NCBI GenBank assembly: GCA_951406725.2
Contig: OX597821.1
Span: 68,324,001-68,388,000 of the forward strand
Reading direction: 5' to 3'
Length of the DNA stretch: 64,000 nt
Source of the DNA: Octopus vulgaris
Taxonomy: Eukaryota
The translations under genes were made by a program, and so were the position numbers. Shown piece by piece: positions 41,415 through 56,598 of this stretch (its first letter is position 1; each line of letters begins with the position of its first letter). The notes under the pieces were generated by a model, which searched no databases, was not told the DNA's origin, and was given only the letters and a program-made list of their open reading frames with translations.

Positions 41415-42606
41415 TGGTTTCAAATTTTGGCACAAGGCCAGCAATTTCGAGGCATGGGTTACGTCGATTCCATTGACCCCAGTGCTCAGTTGGTACCTAT
41501 TTAATCAATAAAAGGCAGAGTAGACCTCGGCAGAATTTAAAGCCAGGAAGTAAAAACGGACGGAATGTCGCTAAGCATTTGGTCAGGCATGTTAATGATT
41601 CTGCCATATCGCCTCCCTAATCATCGAAGTAATATTGCTTTAAAAACTTTAGCAGAAGGCCAGCAAGTTCATCGACCTCAGTGTTGAACTGGTACTTATT
41701 TTATTGACCTCAAAAGGATAAAAGGCAAAGTTGACCTCGGCGGAAATTGAACTCAGAACGTGAAGACACGCAATGCCTATTTCTTAACTACCCACAAGGG
41801 GCTAAACATAGAGGGGACAAACAAGGACAGACAAACGGATTAAGACGATTATATCGACCCCAGTGCGTAACTGGTACTTAATTTATCGACCCAGAAAGGA
41901 TGAAAGGCAAAGTCAACCTCGGCGGAATTTGAACTCAGAACGTAACGGCAGACAAAATACCTATTTCTTTTCTACCCACAATGGGCTAAACACAGAGGGG
42001 GAAAACAAGGACAGACAAACGGATTAAGTCGATTACATCGACCCCAGTGCGTAACTGGTACTTAATTTATCGACCCCGAAAGGATGAAAGGCAAAGTCGA
42101 CCTCGGTGGAATTTGAACTCGGAACGTAACGGCAGACGAAATACCGCTAAGCATTTCGCCTGGCGTGCTAACGTTTCTGCCAGCTCACCGCCTTAGTGTC
42201 AACATTATTAATAGCAAATGTAAGGCCGCGATCAGGCAGAACCGTTTGCACGCCAGACAGAAAACTTAAGGCATTCCGTCCGTCTCACGGTTCTGAATGA
42301 AAATTCTATTCCACCGAGATCGACTTTACCTTTCATCCTTTCAGGGTTGTTAAAATATGCACCAGTCAAGTACTGAGGTTGATGTAATCTACTTCGCCTT
42401 CCCCTCAAAACTTACTGGCCTTTTGCCAAAATTTGAAGCCATTATTTATTTCTTTATTGCCCACAACTGGTACTTATTTAATCGATCCCGAAAGGGTGAA
42501 AGGCAAAGTCGCCCTCAGCGTAATTTGAACTCAGAACGTAGCAGCAGACGAAATACCGCTAAGCATATCGCCCGGTGTGCAAACGATTCTGCCAGCTCGC
42601 CGCCTT
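41415..42606. mobile_element. Cluster of Meta-like SINEs: old (-), trimer 41640-42195 (-), old (+) 42222-42446, internally deleted young (-) 42447-42606
   Basis: Repeated core motif; TSD ttgaa(g/a)ccattatt at 42433-42446 and 42609-42622. Confidence 0.9.
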
Positions 42607-43386
42607 AATTGAAACCATTATTAATAACAAATATCAATAGGGCCACTCTTCTTTGATATCCAGTGGGGACGCAATGTCACAGCCCTGACTAGACATGTAA
42701 AGTCGTTAAAGGGAAGCACCACGGATTTCAACCTCATGGGAAAATTTTTGGAGAAGTGCAAGACGTGTTTTAAATGGTCATCTTGTGCTTTGCGTACTCC
42801 ATGCTTAATAGACTTCTGAATCACTTCCAGTCGAATGCCAAAATTCTACGTTCCGTGACGGCTGTGACTGTCTAGCTTTCTTACTCGAACAAAAATAATG
42901 GAACTGAAAGGCCTGTATAGTTTCTGCTTCGCAGGAAAACAGACGGAACTGCTTTTCCGTACGACCTTCAGTTGCAGAATGAGACGATTAGGCGTGGCTA
43001 TATGGTCGCTGGCGATCTGACACGGCTGACTGGATATTAAACCTGTTTTTGGCAGCAGTACATTGTGAAAATGGAAACAAACACGCATGAGCGTAGATAT
43101 ATACACAATAGAATTTGAACAAGACTGACGTAAACACTTTCCCTTTTCTCATACACATACAGAAAAATTTGCTCGCACACAGAAACTTAGAGAGGAGGAG
43201 GAGGAGGAGGATAAGAGAAGCATTAAAACGTCTTATGCCAAATAAGTCAGTTTCAAATCAGCCACGCCGAATAGGTGACACCAAAACGGATATACTTCAA
43301 CGTCTCATAGCTTTTCAGCTCGCCATTACTGAACCAAATTGTTATATCGTCAGTGACGATATACGATGTGTGCGTGTGTGTGTATA

Positions 43387-43437
<51 letters not shown>

Positions 43438-43559
43438 GTGTGTGTGACACTATATCACAGTACTAAATATAACCGTATAACACTAAGCGATGTAACAAGA
43501 GTTGGTTTTCTTATCATAACCGTTCACACGATAACAATACTCCAACGCAGAATCAATAA

Positions 43560-44455
43560 CAAGACTAGACGCTCTCACAGTTCGACCTCACAGTTCGACC
43601 TGAACTGTCTTATGTCTTATCTATTTATAAGACTCGTCCACTCCACCGACAGTCACGTGCAGGGGTATCAGTTCACTCCACAACAGAAATATTGCTCTTT
43701 TCCGAAATGACCTCCATTTTGTACGCTTGCAAAACTCTTTACGATCTACTGATGAGTTTGTTGAATTGGATTTCACTGTGTCTCATTAGGTCGATGTCGT
43801 CAGCATAGCGAAGCCTGAAAAGCGACTAATTTTCTATATAAATGGAGGTTTCCATGATATTTTTCCAAATGTTTTTCCGGAAGATGTCTCTTGAAGAAAC
43901 CTCCGATGCTCCTTATTCAGAAGTATAACGCTGTTTGAATTTTTATATATTGCATGATTTACTTAAATGAAGTCGCTATCGAAGTTGAAGTTCTCCATCA
44001 CTTATCATAAGCTCTCATGCTACACACCATCAAAGACATTTATTTGAAGCCGATAAAGTTATATTAGATACCATACTGGTGTTAGAGATGTTTCTTAATC
44101 AACAATCTAATAATAAACCATTGCTCTCCTATACACTTTTTCCTCTTCATCTTGTCCTTTCATCTACGAGGAGTTCTTCTTTCGATTTAATTCTGTAGCA
44201 TTGTACTCGAATGCTTAATAAAACTGATAATTCTGTCATTTTAGCAGAGAGACTTAAAGTGCCTTTTCTGGTAAGAGGTATCACTCAGGACTGAGTTTAT
44301 TCTTTTGGCCAATGTTTCTTTTTCATATACATCAACAATGTTTTTTTAGTGTTTTAAGAAATTCTGGCCCCACCATGGTGCAGGAGCTCTGCTGGGATAT
44401 TGTCACTTTCCTAGTTTGATCATGTGTACTGCTTCGACTTTCTCAATTTCTCTGT
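43560..44455 (-). mobile_element. RTE-clade LINE reverse-transcriptase fragment, degenerate
   Basis: WPKE*TQS*VIPL; EQWFIIRLLIKKHL; NFIGFK..FDGV*HE; LRYADDIDL..YKMEVISEKS. Confidence 0.85.
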
Positions 44456-44542
44456 TATCTGTGAAAGAATAAATATATCTATGTATATGTATAGTGTATA
44501 TGTATATATAACTTAGCGTGTATACATCCGTATATAGATATA

Positions 44543-44926
44543 CTAGCAGTATCGCCCGGCGTTGCTCAGATTTGTAAGGGAAATAACTATAAAGCATTTT
44601 TAGAGAGTTATAGCCAAAAAATAGCAAAAAAATGGAAAAAAAATGATGGTAAAATTTTTTTGAGAGTTAAAAAAGGTGGAGTTGCGTCCCCTAGACGGTC
44701 TGTGGTTTGGGTTTCTGATTCTCGACCCCATGTCGAATTTATCGATTTTTTTCAGAACTGGGGGAACTTTTCAAAATTTTCGCTGCGTTAGTTTTGAATT
44801 ATGACATTGGGCTATGTGTGTGTCAAGTTTCATCAGAATCGGTTGAAAGCCGTGGTCAGAGTGAGGGTACGAGAAAACAGACACACAGAAAACGCACAGA
44901 CAAACTGCCGTTTATATAGAGAGAGA
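44543..44926 (-). mobile_element. Non-autonomous Helitron
   Basis: Minus strand A|TCTCTC..TATATAAA 5' end; 3' hairpin-like gagcaacgccggg and CTAG|T. Confidence 0.85.
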
Positions 44927-45117
44927 TACTCACACACACACACACATGTATGTGCGTATGTATGTATATTCAAGGGGAGAGAGGGAAGAAAGGGAGAGGG
45001 AGAGAGAGAGAGAAAAATAGATAGGTAGATAAAAATCACACAAAACACGAATAGGATTATGAGGCAAAGAGGAGACAAACAAATACAGACTGGCAAACAG
45101 ACACACTGTGAGAGAAA

Positions 45118-45443
<326 letters not shown>

Positions 45444-45547
45444 TTCTTATATGTACAGATTCATATTGATGTATGAGATACTAAAGGTGTCTGTACATGC
45501 GTGTATATATAGGTGTGTGTATAAGTATATATGCATATAAGTATATT

Positions 45548-45585
<38 letters not shown>

Positions 45586-45701
45586 TATATGAAAAACGAT
45601 ATGATCATATAACGTCCTCAATGCCAGAAGCCTGAATTATGTGATGTTTAACCTTTCACGATCTTCGATGAGAGAGGAAAGAAAAAAGAAATAAACTGCA
45701 C

Positions 45702-45756
<55 letters not shown>

Positions 45757-46292
45757 CGCGCGCGCGCACACACATGTATTTATGTTTATTGAAGAAATCG
45801 ATAATATCGTCTAGTTTACTATATATTCTGTGTCGACATATGTGTGAGAATAGGTGCCTACATGCGTATGTCTGGGTATATATACATATGTGTATGTGTG
45901 TATGTATATATGTGTATATACAGGCAAATGCATATATATGTATGGATGTGTATATATATATATAAACACACATTTAATGTGTTTGTATATGTACGTGTGT
46001 GTATGCACGCGTTTCTGTATATGGGCGAGTACTTCGTGCGTGTGTATATGTGTGTGTAAGACAGACAGAATATATTTGATAATAGATTTATCTCTATAAC
46101 TGTGTGTGTGCGTGTGTGTGTGTGTGTGCCTTTGTGTGTGTTCGTCTGCTTATGACCGTATGTAGATATATAATATCTACATAAATGTGTATGGACGTAT
46201 AAATATATATATATGTATGTGTATATGTGAATGAGAAAGTTATTTCTGTGTATATATATATATATACATACATACATAAATATATATATATA

Positions 46293-46331
<39 letters not shown>

Positions 46332-46405
46332 GAGCATATAACATATTCACATTCGCACACATACACACACAAACACATATGTATATATGTATTTATATAC
46401 GTGTG

Positions 46406-46511
<106 letters not shown>

Positions 46512-46644
46512 CAAGCGTATGTGCTTGCACCCGCGCGTGCACGCGCCTACATGATTTCGTTAATCTGTGTTCGTGTATGTGTGTGTGCGTAAGCGCGCAC
46601 GAGTATGCGTTTGCGTGTTTACGTGTTTGCGTGTGTGTGTGTGT

Positions 46645-46742
<98 letters not shown>

Positions 46743-47127
46743 GTGTGTGTGTGTCTGTGTGCAATATCTAGTCTGCGTGATTTAAAAGATATGAAATAAA
46801 GAGCATTGTGTAAATAAGAGAAAAATGGAATTATGCATCTAAAAATGCGATATCTATTTATAAGGTGGACGGAGGGAAGTCGGAGCAGAGCGTAATAAAG
46901 AGAATAAGGAAAAATGAAGGAGGAAGGTGAGGCGTGGTGGTGTGGTGGGAGGACGAGGCGAGAGAGGGAGAGAATCGTGTTTATTTGAACTTATTCTTCA
47001 GGTAGTTCTTAGCTTTAATATTATCCGGATATCTTTAATCATAATGTCAGCTTGTGTCGTGAGGATGTGTTCTGTTTAAATAATCTAATTACCTCTTTCG
47101 CACATACACACACTCTTCCTTTCTCTG

Positions 47128-47167
<40 letters not shown>

Positions 47168-47309
47168 CCTTCTCTCTCACTTTCTCTTTCTTCCTTTCCC
47201 CACTCCTCTCTCTCTCTCTCTCTCTCTCTCTCCACAGCCTTTCTTCCACGGCAGCTCTCCATATCAGTCTGTATGTGTTGGAGGGAGTTTGTCTGTTGTA
47301 TCTTTCATC

Positions 47310-47583
47310 TTTTACTTCTTTCAGTCAAAGATGTGTGGCCATGTTGGAGCACCGCCTTGAAGAGTCTAGTCGAACAAATTGACCCCAGTATTTAGTTTTT
47401 TTTTTTTTTTTTTGAAGCCTGGTATTTTTATCGGACTCTTCTGCTGAACTGCTAAGTTACGAAACCACACAAATCAAACTAGTTGTTAAGCATTGGAGAT
47501 GCAAAGCGAAACGTGTGTGAATGTATGCGTTTGTATTTGTGTGTATTTGTGTGTGTGCGTACGTGTGTATTTGTATATGTGTA

Positions 47584-47635
<52 letters not shown>

Positions 47636-48062
47636 TGCGTAAGTATATATTTGTTATTTCTTTATTGCCCACAAGGGGCTACACAGAGAGGGGACAAACA
47701 AGGACAAACAAACGGATTAAGTCGATATATATCGACCCCAGTTCGTTACTGGAATTTATTTAATCGACCCCGAATGGATGAAAGGCAAAGTCAACCTCGG
47801 CGGAATTTGAACTCAAAACGTAGCGGCAGACGAAATACCTATTTCTTTACTACCCAAAAGGGGCTAAACACAGAGGGGACAAACAAGGACAGACAAACGG
47901 ATTAAGCCGATTACATCGATCTCAGTGCGTAACTGGTACTTAATTTATCGACCCCGAAAGGATGAAAGGCAAAGTCGACCTCGGCGGAATTTGAACTCAG
48001 AACGTAACGGCAGACGAAATACGGTTACGCATTTCGCCCGGCATACTAACGATTCTGCCAGC
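47310..48062 (-). mobile_element. CORE-type SINE 3' half followed by a young-tail Meta-like SINE dimer (47655-48062)
   Basis: ggccatgttggagcaccgccttgaag; two 184-bp-type units joined at aaagaaata|ggtatttcg (minus). Confidence 0.85.
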
Positions 48063-48830
48063 AACAACAACAACCAACAATAATAATGATTTCTGATTTA
48101 GGTAGAGTGCCAGTAATTATGAGCGGAAGTGTTGGCCGATACCGTCGACCTCAATCCTAGACTGATACTTTAATAATTATTATTAGTATTGTTGTTGTTC
48201 CTCTATTAGAAAATAGTCGGCCTTTTTCTTCCAATTCTGTCTATATTGTAGAATATCCTCAAGTGAAGCTACATGGAAAAGTACTTTTTAATAAAGATAG
48301 AAATTTAATTACTTGCGTAAGTATTCCTTTTGGGAGTACATTATGCATAATATATAAATTCTATTATGTCTTTGAAGAGAGACTTCCAACCAGACACAAT
48401 CAATGAACACCACAGATCCTGGACTATCCTGATTACCAGAGATAAATGCCCTCTCCTAACAGTGACTCCATTTCCGTTATGTGCATGCTGGAAGTAGGAG
48501 CATTTCAGACATGCTAACTTAGGATTTTTTTTTTCTTTCTCGTTTCGTGCAATGAGTAAACAACCAAAATGTCTACAGCGTTTAAAAACGTTTCCACTCC
48601 CTCAATGACAATAAATAGAAAAATAATAAAATTCAAACGAAATATTCTCCGTATTTACAGACAGTAGAGAGAAGGGGGTGAAAAACTAAATTTCATTCAT
48701 CAATAGTAAACATTTATTTTTCCATCAAGAAACAAATAATGTTTCATGATATAAAAAAGAATAAAATAAAACTGTATAACTATAAACAGTTTAAATGACT
48801 CGGAAAGTGATGCAAACAACACCAAGGCTA

Positions 48831-49233
48831 ATACTCTTTTCTACTCTAGGCACAAGACCCGAAATTTTGGGGGAGTGGGCCAGTCGATTAGATCGATCCC
48901 AGTGTGCAACTGATATTTAATTTATCGACCCCGAAAGGATGAAAGGCAAAGTCAATCTCGGCGGAATTTGAACTCAGAACGTAGCGGCAGACGAAATACC
49001 TGTTTCTTTACTACCCACAAGGGGCTAAACACAGAAGGGACAAACAAGGACAGACAAACGGATTAAGTCTATTATATCGACCCCAGTGCGTAACTGGTAT
49101 TTAATTTATCGACCCCGAAAGGATGAAAGGCAAAGTCGACCTCGGCCGAATTTGAACTCAGAACGTAACGGCAGACGAAATACGGTTACGCATTTCGCCC
49201 GGCGTGCTAACGTTTCTGCCAGCTCGCCGCCTT
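48831..49233 (-). mobile_element. Composite Meta-like SINE: head + young-tail unit + old-tail unit, with TSD
   Basis: Unit junction at 49000/49001; caaggctaata at 48823-48833 and 49237-49247. Confidence 0.9.
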
Positions 49234-49376
49234 CAACAAGGCTAATAATACGTAGATATGTGTTGGTGTATGTCACCAAGCGAAAAAATAAATAGAGAAT
49301 TCGATTTGAAAAACAGAAAGCATTTACAGTCTTCTTTATTTCACTGGAGTTACCTCCAAACTGTCAGGCTTTTAAA

Positions 49377-49591
49377 CCCTTTCGTTAACGTGTTTATTTT
49401 GAGATGCTCTGTGTTTCTTTCAATTACTTTAAATATAACAAAGTATTTAGTAAAATAACTTAGTTATAACTCAGTTAGTGTTAAGAACATAAATTGTGAC
49501 TAAGGTTTGGTGGAAGATTTTAATTCAAAACTTATGAAGACATTTGTACTCAGCGCCAGAGCCAGTTTCAGCCGTGTTGGTAACGAAAGGG
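49377..49591. mobile_element. piggyBac-type MITE
   Basis: TIRs ccctttcgtta.c / ggtaacgaaaggg, right TTAA intact, left TAAA. Confidence 0.8.
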
Positions 49592-50227
49592 TTAACGGGA
49601 ATTATCCGACTAACAAAATGTCTACCCAACAGAACTTTGCCGTATGAATGTAGTGAAGATTCATTCATACCTCAATTCCTTATGGAACAGCGAGAATATA
49701 AAGAAAGGAATTTATTTTGTATTTCGAAGGACGCGTGGGATTATGGTTTGAAAGAGAAATTACAGCCAATCTTGGGCATTGTGACAACGGAGCCAATCGG
49801 TTGAAAATAAAGATAACCTTTTTAATTGTTTCAAGTTCCACTTGGAGAGGAAGGTGAAGAAGAGAGAGAATGAGGACAGACGAACAAAGCTCAGATAAAT
49901 TTGTCAAAGGCTCAGCGAATGTAACGAACATGTCCTGAGTGACTGACTTTACTTTTCGAATGTGCATGCAGATGAAAGGGTCATCGTTTGGAAAGGAAAA
50001 CTACCTTAGTAGTTAGCGTGATTAAGGATCCATTCGGTTCATGGACTGGCTTTGATTCCTGGTCCCCATTATTAAGGATAACATACAATCTAATGTTTTT
50101 ATCGTTACTTCCCCTTTTTTCTTTCTTTTATTCTCATTCTCTTTCAATATAAACGCGCCACACCTTTTTCTAACTTGTCCATATAATAATGGTCTCTTTG
50201 TCTTCATTGTGGTAAATACTTATTATT

Positions 50228-50745
<518 letters not shown>

Positions 50746-51339
50746 TAATATGGGTTTCAAATTTTGCTAACCCTCCATTTCTCTCATAAAACAGGCCTTC
50801 AGGGCCTACTCTTCCATCGAACTCATGTTCGGAGTTTTATGCTGTATCTCACAATGGTTTTATATTGATAAAACCGCCCAACATCTGCCTCTCCAGCCAT
50901 TGCTTAACATTCTATATGGCCCCTTCATTTCCTCTCTTTGCAGTTACATTTCCTCTGAATATCCATAACTCCTCCCATGTCTCTGTATCCCATATAAATA
51001 TTATTCTATAATAATTCTGGCGGAATACTAATCAAACTAACTGCATCAGCACATTCCAAATCCTACACACAAACAAAGGCGCACTCTCCCGCCCCCTCTG
51101 CGTTTCTGGGCCCCGAAATCCCTATTGAACAAATATTAAAAAAAAAAAAATCAATATATAAACATAACATTTGTGTACTCACACGTTCACACACGCGTAT
51201 ACATATGCACACGAATGCACATGCAAGCACACATATACGCGCACACGCATATATGCGCACAAACACACACTAACACATATCTAATATCTATATATATAAG
51301 TGTGTGATATACATTGCCGTGTTCATATATGTATGTAAT

Positions 51340-51575
<236 letters not shown>

Positions 51576-51675
51576 GTATGTATAGTATACATACATACAT
51601 ACTCAGATACATATAACTTTGTGCGCGTGTTTGTGTGCTCGTACGTTTTTGCTTGTGTTTTTGATGTGTATGTGC

Positions 51676-51709
<34 letters not shown>

Positions 51710-52111
51710 CATATATATATAGAAAATCTTTATTCGTGCATATTTTTATATATATGTGTGTGTGTGTGTGCGTGTGTGTGTATGAACGCACATACGTTTG
51801 TATATATGTCTGTGCATACACACACGCTTACATACATATTTGCGTGTACGTTGGTGTTTGTTATAGTGCGCGTGTGTATGTTGGCTGTATGTGTGCGTGT
51901 GTATGCGTGCATGTGTGTGTATGTGTGTGTGTGTGCGGGCGTGTGTGTGTGTGTGCAGGTGCCTGTATGTTTAGGTATGTGTGCATGGAAGTTAGACAGT
52001 AGAACTATGAGTCATAAATGGTCATAAATCGATTATATGGAGGCAAAGAATAGCACACAGATAATTATACATACATACATTCATACATACATACATACGT
52101 ACACACACACA

Positions 52112-52201
<90 letters not shown>

Positions 52202-52321
52202 CTACATATACCACATTATCAATCTTACTATATCTATATCTCATAATCCCCTCTCTCTATCACTTGTTCGTCTCTCTCGCAGACGTTCTCTCAACTTCTC
52301 TCTTCCATTCTGCCCATTTCT

Positions 52322-52375
<54 letters not shown>

Positions 52376-52726
52376 TTCTCTCTCTTTCCTATTGATATTT
52401 CACTCTGATTTCTTCTCCGTTTGTAATCAGTATTCCTTGCCATATAGATCTCATGTACTTAACGTTTTATCTCATGCTATTTTTCATCTTACTAACACGA
52501 ATCCCTGACTCATTCTCCTTGATACAAAATTTTTCATCGATGTATTTCTTCGGCCTCGCAGCCCTTCTTTCCCGTCTTCTTTTCACAAGAGATCAGTGTT
52601 CGAATCATATAGAAACTTTTTCGTTATTTTCTGAACATGAAACCATAATAACATAATAAACTTCATAAGCACCCAGATACAAAACACACATATACACACG
52701 CACACTCATATATATATATATATATA

Positions 52727-53110
52727 CTAGCAGTATCGCCCGGCGTTGCTCGGGTTTGTAAGGGAAATAACTATATAAGCATTTTTAGAGAGTTATAGCC
52801 AAAAAATAGCAAAAAAATGCATTAAAAATGGAAAAAAAAATGATGGTAAATTTTTTTTTAAATCGTTGACTCATCGTAGACATTTTTAGAGAGTTACTTC
52901 CCTTATATAATAGCGAAAAAATGCATTAAAATGGGAAAAAATTATGGTAATTTTTTTTTTTTAAATCGTAGACTAATACCCATAAGGGCTCGATATGAAT
53001 CACGACTATAAGATACCCGGTTTTGGTTAAACTGCACCGCAAAATGTGGGAGTAGTTAGGAATCTAAATCGTAGGAGACAGACACACAGCCCCTCTTTTA
53101 TATATAAAGA
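52727..53110 (-). mobile_element. Non-autonomous Helitron with internal tandem duplication
   Basis: Minus strand A|TCTTTATATATAAAAG 5' end; cccgagcaacgccggg hairpin and CTAG|T; 3' ~120 bp shared with 44543-44926. Confidence 0.9.
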
Positions 53111-53171
53111 TATATATGTATATAACAGACGATTTTCTTCCTCCGTCTTCCTTTCTATTTGAACTTCCTCT

Positions 53172-53206
53172 ATTTCTGAAGAAGAGCGTAGCTCGAAACA
53201 TTAAAT
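53172..53206 (+). ncRNA. Minimal hammerhead-like motif in a pLTR-like repeat (degenerate)
   Basis: AUUU-CUGAAGA-A-GAGC-GUA-GCUC-GAAAC-AUU-AAAU. Confidence 0.5.
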
Positions 53207-53378
53207 CAGCTTCATTTCCTTCCCTGAGCGTCTGCTAATACTTTACATGTACCATGTCCTCTTTTCTCTTCTTCATTCTGGAGATTTACTATATATATAT
53301 ATAATTATTAAATTCGTAAAAAATTTATATGTACACTTATATATATATAATTTTTTAGTTCGTTATGATATGTGGTTT

Positions 53379-53433
53379 GTGCCTGTAGAATATATTTGAG
53401 ATATTTCTCAGCATAAGAAACTATTAGTAGCAC
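53379..53433 (+). ncRNA. Type I hammerhead fold with one core substitution
   Basis: GUGC-CUGUAGA-..UGAGA..UCUCA..-GAAAC-UAUUA-GUA-GCAC; helix I GUGC/GCAC. Confidence 0.55.
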
Positions 53434-53597
53434 TTCAAGACATGTACTGTGTCCTTTAAATAAATAATATTTATCTCTCACCAGATGGAGTCCTTCCATT
53501 TTTGTCGAATTTTCTACTACGGGACAGTATATTATACATACATACATATATACATACATACATACATACATACACACATACATATATATATATACCT

Positions 53598-53770
53598 GTA
53601 TTTCAAAGGGCCGGCTTTGTCACACTCTGTGACACGCTGAATCTCCCTGAGAACTACGTTAGGGGTACACGTGTCTGTGGATTGCTTAGTCACTTGCGCG
53701 TTAATTTCACGAGCAAGCTGTTCCGTTGATCGTATCAGCTGGGACCCTCGTCGTCGTAACCGACGGAGTT
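53598..53770 (+). mobile_element. Probable SINE/LINE 3' fragment after (CATA)n
   Basis: GC-richer island; a degenerate relative (ttaagggta..gtctgtggaatactcagtcacttg) occurs at ~40120-40165. Confidence 0.4.
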
Positions 53771-53964
53771 CTCCTATTTACCAAGTTTACAATAGTCTGT
53801 GAGAGAAAAGAATGTGAGAGGGAATGTTAGAATCTTCATATGGCTATAAAAACTCTGCTACGTGGTTGACCTCAACCCGACCTTGGTTTTAAGTTCTAAA
53901 TAAGAGTTCTAGACCCTTAAGCTGGTCAAAGTGTATTTTTTCAACCCTACTCTAAGTGGGTGAA

Positions 53965-54233
53965 GGCACATAGCCTAGTGGTTAGAGCAGCGGACTGGCG
54001 GTCGAGGAATCGCAGGTTCGAATCTCAGACCGTGCGATGTGTGTGTTTATGAGCGAAACACCTAAGACCCACGCGGCTCCGGCAGAAGGTAATGGCGAAC
54101 TTCTGCTGACTCTTTCGTCACAACTTTCTCTCACACTTTTCTTCTGCATCTAGCAGCTCACCTGCGATGGAGCGGCGTCCCGTCCAGGTGAAGAACCTAT
54201 GACGCCAATGAAACCGGGAAACCGACCCATATG
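53965..54233 (+). mobile_element. V-SINE-like tRNA-derived SINE, second copy
   Basis: Colinear with 1111-1400; cctgcgatggagcggcgtcccgtccagg. Confidence 0.75.
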
Positions 54234-54339
54234 AATTCAAAGGGCAGCAAAAGCATTTTGTGGCATGGTGTCACGTGTTTGGTGCCAGTGACAAATAAAT
54301 AAGAATACAAAGCTGGCTCTTTACAAATCATTTGACTTA

Positions 54340-55165
54340 CCATCCCCGTTTATTCCTGTGAAACTTGGACTTGATATGAAAGGCATTTTAAAATGTTTGA
54401 ACAATTCCACCAAAACTGCCTTCATCGCATTTTGAAAATTAAATGGAGTTCTTTTACTCCAAACACAGATGTCCTTGCATTTGCAGGCATCACCTCAATT
54501 AAAACTATGATTCTGAGAAACCAACTGAGATGGTGTGGCCATATTGTTCGAATGGCAGATGAACGCATGCCGAAACAGCTTGCAGAGGGGAAACGCTATC
54601 GGCGTAAACCTTAAAAAAAGGTTTAAGGGAGGCATAAGGACAACTATGAAGTCACTTGGAATGGTTCCAGAAGATACAGAAACCCTTGCTTCGGATCGAG
54701 TTAGATGGTAAACAAAGGTGTGTTGTGGAGCGAAAGCATTTGAAGAGGCCAGGATAATATAAGTAAGATACAAAAGAGATCTAAAGAAGAATGTAACGAT
54801 TGAGAAGGTGAATTAAAATGACCTTTTTGTATGTACAGTCTGTAACAGACCATGCCTGTCTTTAGATGGCCTCAAATCTCATCTGCGAACGCATGGAAAA
54901 CAAACCTCCACCAACTATTCTGCCTGTATGTCTGTGCACACCTTTAAATGCAGTGTATGCTAGAAGGTTTGCAAATCCAACGGAGGCCTCAAGAGACATT
55001 TTAAAATCCACAAAGAGCAGAACTTATCTGCAGCTCTTGATGTGCAATCTATGCGGGAGTCTTTTCAGAACATTGGTTTAAAAAGCCACATCAGATGCCA
55101 TAATGATGCTAAGGTGTACAGGAGGTGGTCAAACTCTGCATAAGGAGTAGACAACCACCATATAA
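54340..55165 (+). mobile_element. RTE-clade LINE 3' end with three C-terminal C2H2 fingers, degenerate
   Basis: YSCETWT..FEQFHQNCLHRILKIKW..QLRWCGHIVRMADERMPKQL; CTVC..GLKSHLRTH, CSVC..GLKRHFKIH, CNLC..GLKSHIRCH. Confidence 0.9.
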
Positions 55166-55612
55166 ATATACACACATAATTTACCGCTATCGGCCCAGCG
55201 ACAGATTAGAAAGCGTGTTTGAATGTGGATGAAGAAGTATGTTTCTTCTCTCTCTCTTACCTTTTTCAATATACTGAATAACTTGGGTTACGAATTGATG
55301 TGGATAGATGAAGGTAAATATATATTATAGTTATTATATTTTTCTTAAAATACGGTGTATACAACTGAAGATCGAAAAATGTGCTTTTAAATTAAGTTAA
55401 CGTTTTAAAAATTAATTTATTTACTTTGTACATTTATCGTGAAACTAGTTTTCTATTGACCACAATAACTAATAAAATAGACATCGTCTATCTAGCCTTA
55501 CATCATTTTCGTATCAAGGAGAAAAAGTCCGTCTGTTTTTATTTTAGTTTTATTTTAAAAACAACGGTCATTCAACACGTTGGCTTTAAACGCTCTTTCT
55601 CCCTCTCTTTGT

Positions 55613-55691
<79 letters not shown>

Positions 55692-56555
55692 TAATAAATA
55701 GAACATATGCATATATATAAACATATATGTACGTACCTACCTCTACATGTACATATACACGCATATATGTGTACAGGACACCAAAAGACGTCGAACACAT
55801 AGAGAGACGAAAAACATAGACACAAACCAAGGAACAGGACAAGCAAAAAAGAAAAAAGAGATACAGGACAATAAGCACAACGAAAAATCCCCTTCTTCAG
55901 TCGCTAAGGTTTCATCTACTCTACGTTTCGAAGGATAAAAGCGAGACGTATACTTCGAAGAAACTTCCTTCCTGCGAAAACAAATCAATTAAAATTCTGA
56001 GATCTTTTCGCAGAGGGTAAAAATGGTAAAAAAGCAAGACGGTAACGACAGTACAAACATATAAACAGTAAAAAAAAAAAATTATATATAACAGTTGAAA
56101 AATAAATATATAACAGTGAGAGACAGGACAAGGAGAACAAGATAAGAAGGGCTGTTTACGCCAGACGAAAAAGTAATGCAAACGCTGGATTATAGTGGAC
56201 GACGAGAGAGAAGAATGTCGACCAGTGGCCTTAGAAGGCGGGCGAGAAAAGACAGGATAGCAGTTACGACGAAGTATCGTCGCAGATGGACGACGGAATG
56301 GGGAGGAGGAGCAAGAGGAGAGAGAGAAGAAGGGGAATGGTGCGAGGAGACCATGAAGAATGGTGAGGGAGAGAGAATGAAGAATGAGAGAGAAGGAAGA
56401 GACAAGTTAAGTGAGGAAAAAGGACGAAAAAGGGAATGGGAGAGAAAGAAGATGCAGAGTCGCGTGAGAGTTAATATCAAGGCTAACTTGATAAACAGAA
56501 CAATCTTACTTAATAGGGTGCGTGCGTTTAGTCGTATAATATGTTAATAAAATAG

Positions 56556-56598
<43 letters not shown>

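Noticed and set aside
54826-55100. Host C2H2 zinc-finger gene
   Set aside because: Contiguous with an RTE ORF, lacks TGEKP linkers, and contains a stop and a frameshift.
55760-56170. PLE-like repeat with CUGAAGA and GAAACGUA pieces on the minus strand (related to 28300-28445)
   Set aside because: The motif halves are not in an order that closes one ribozyme; too degenerate to call.
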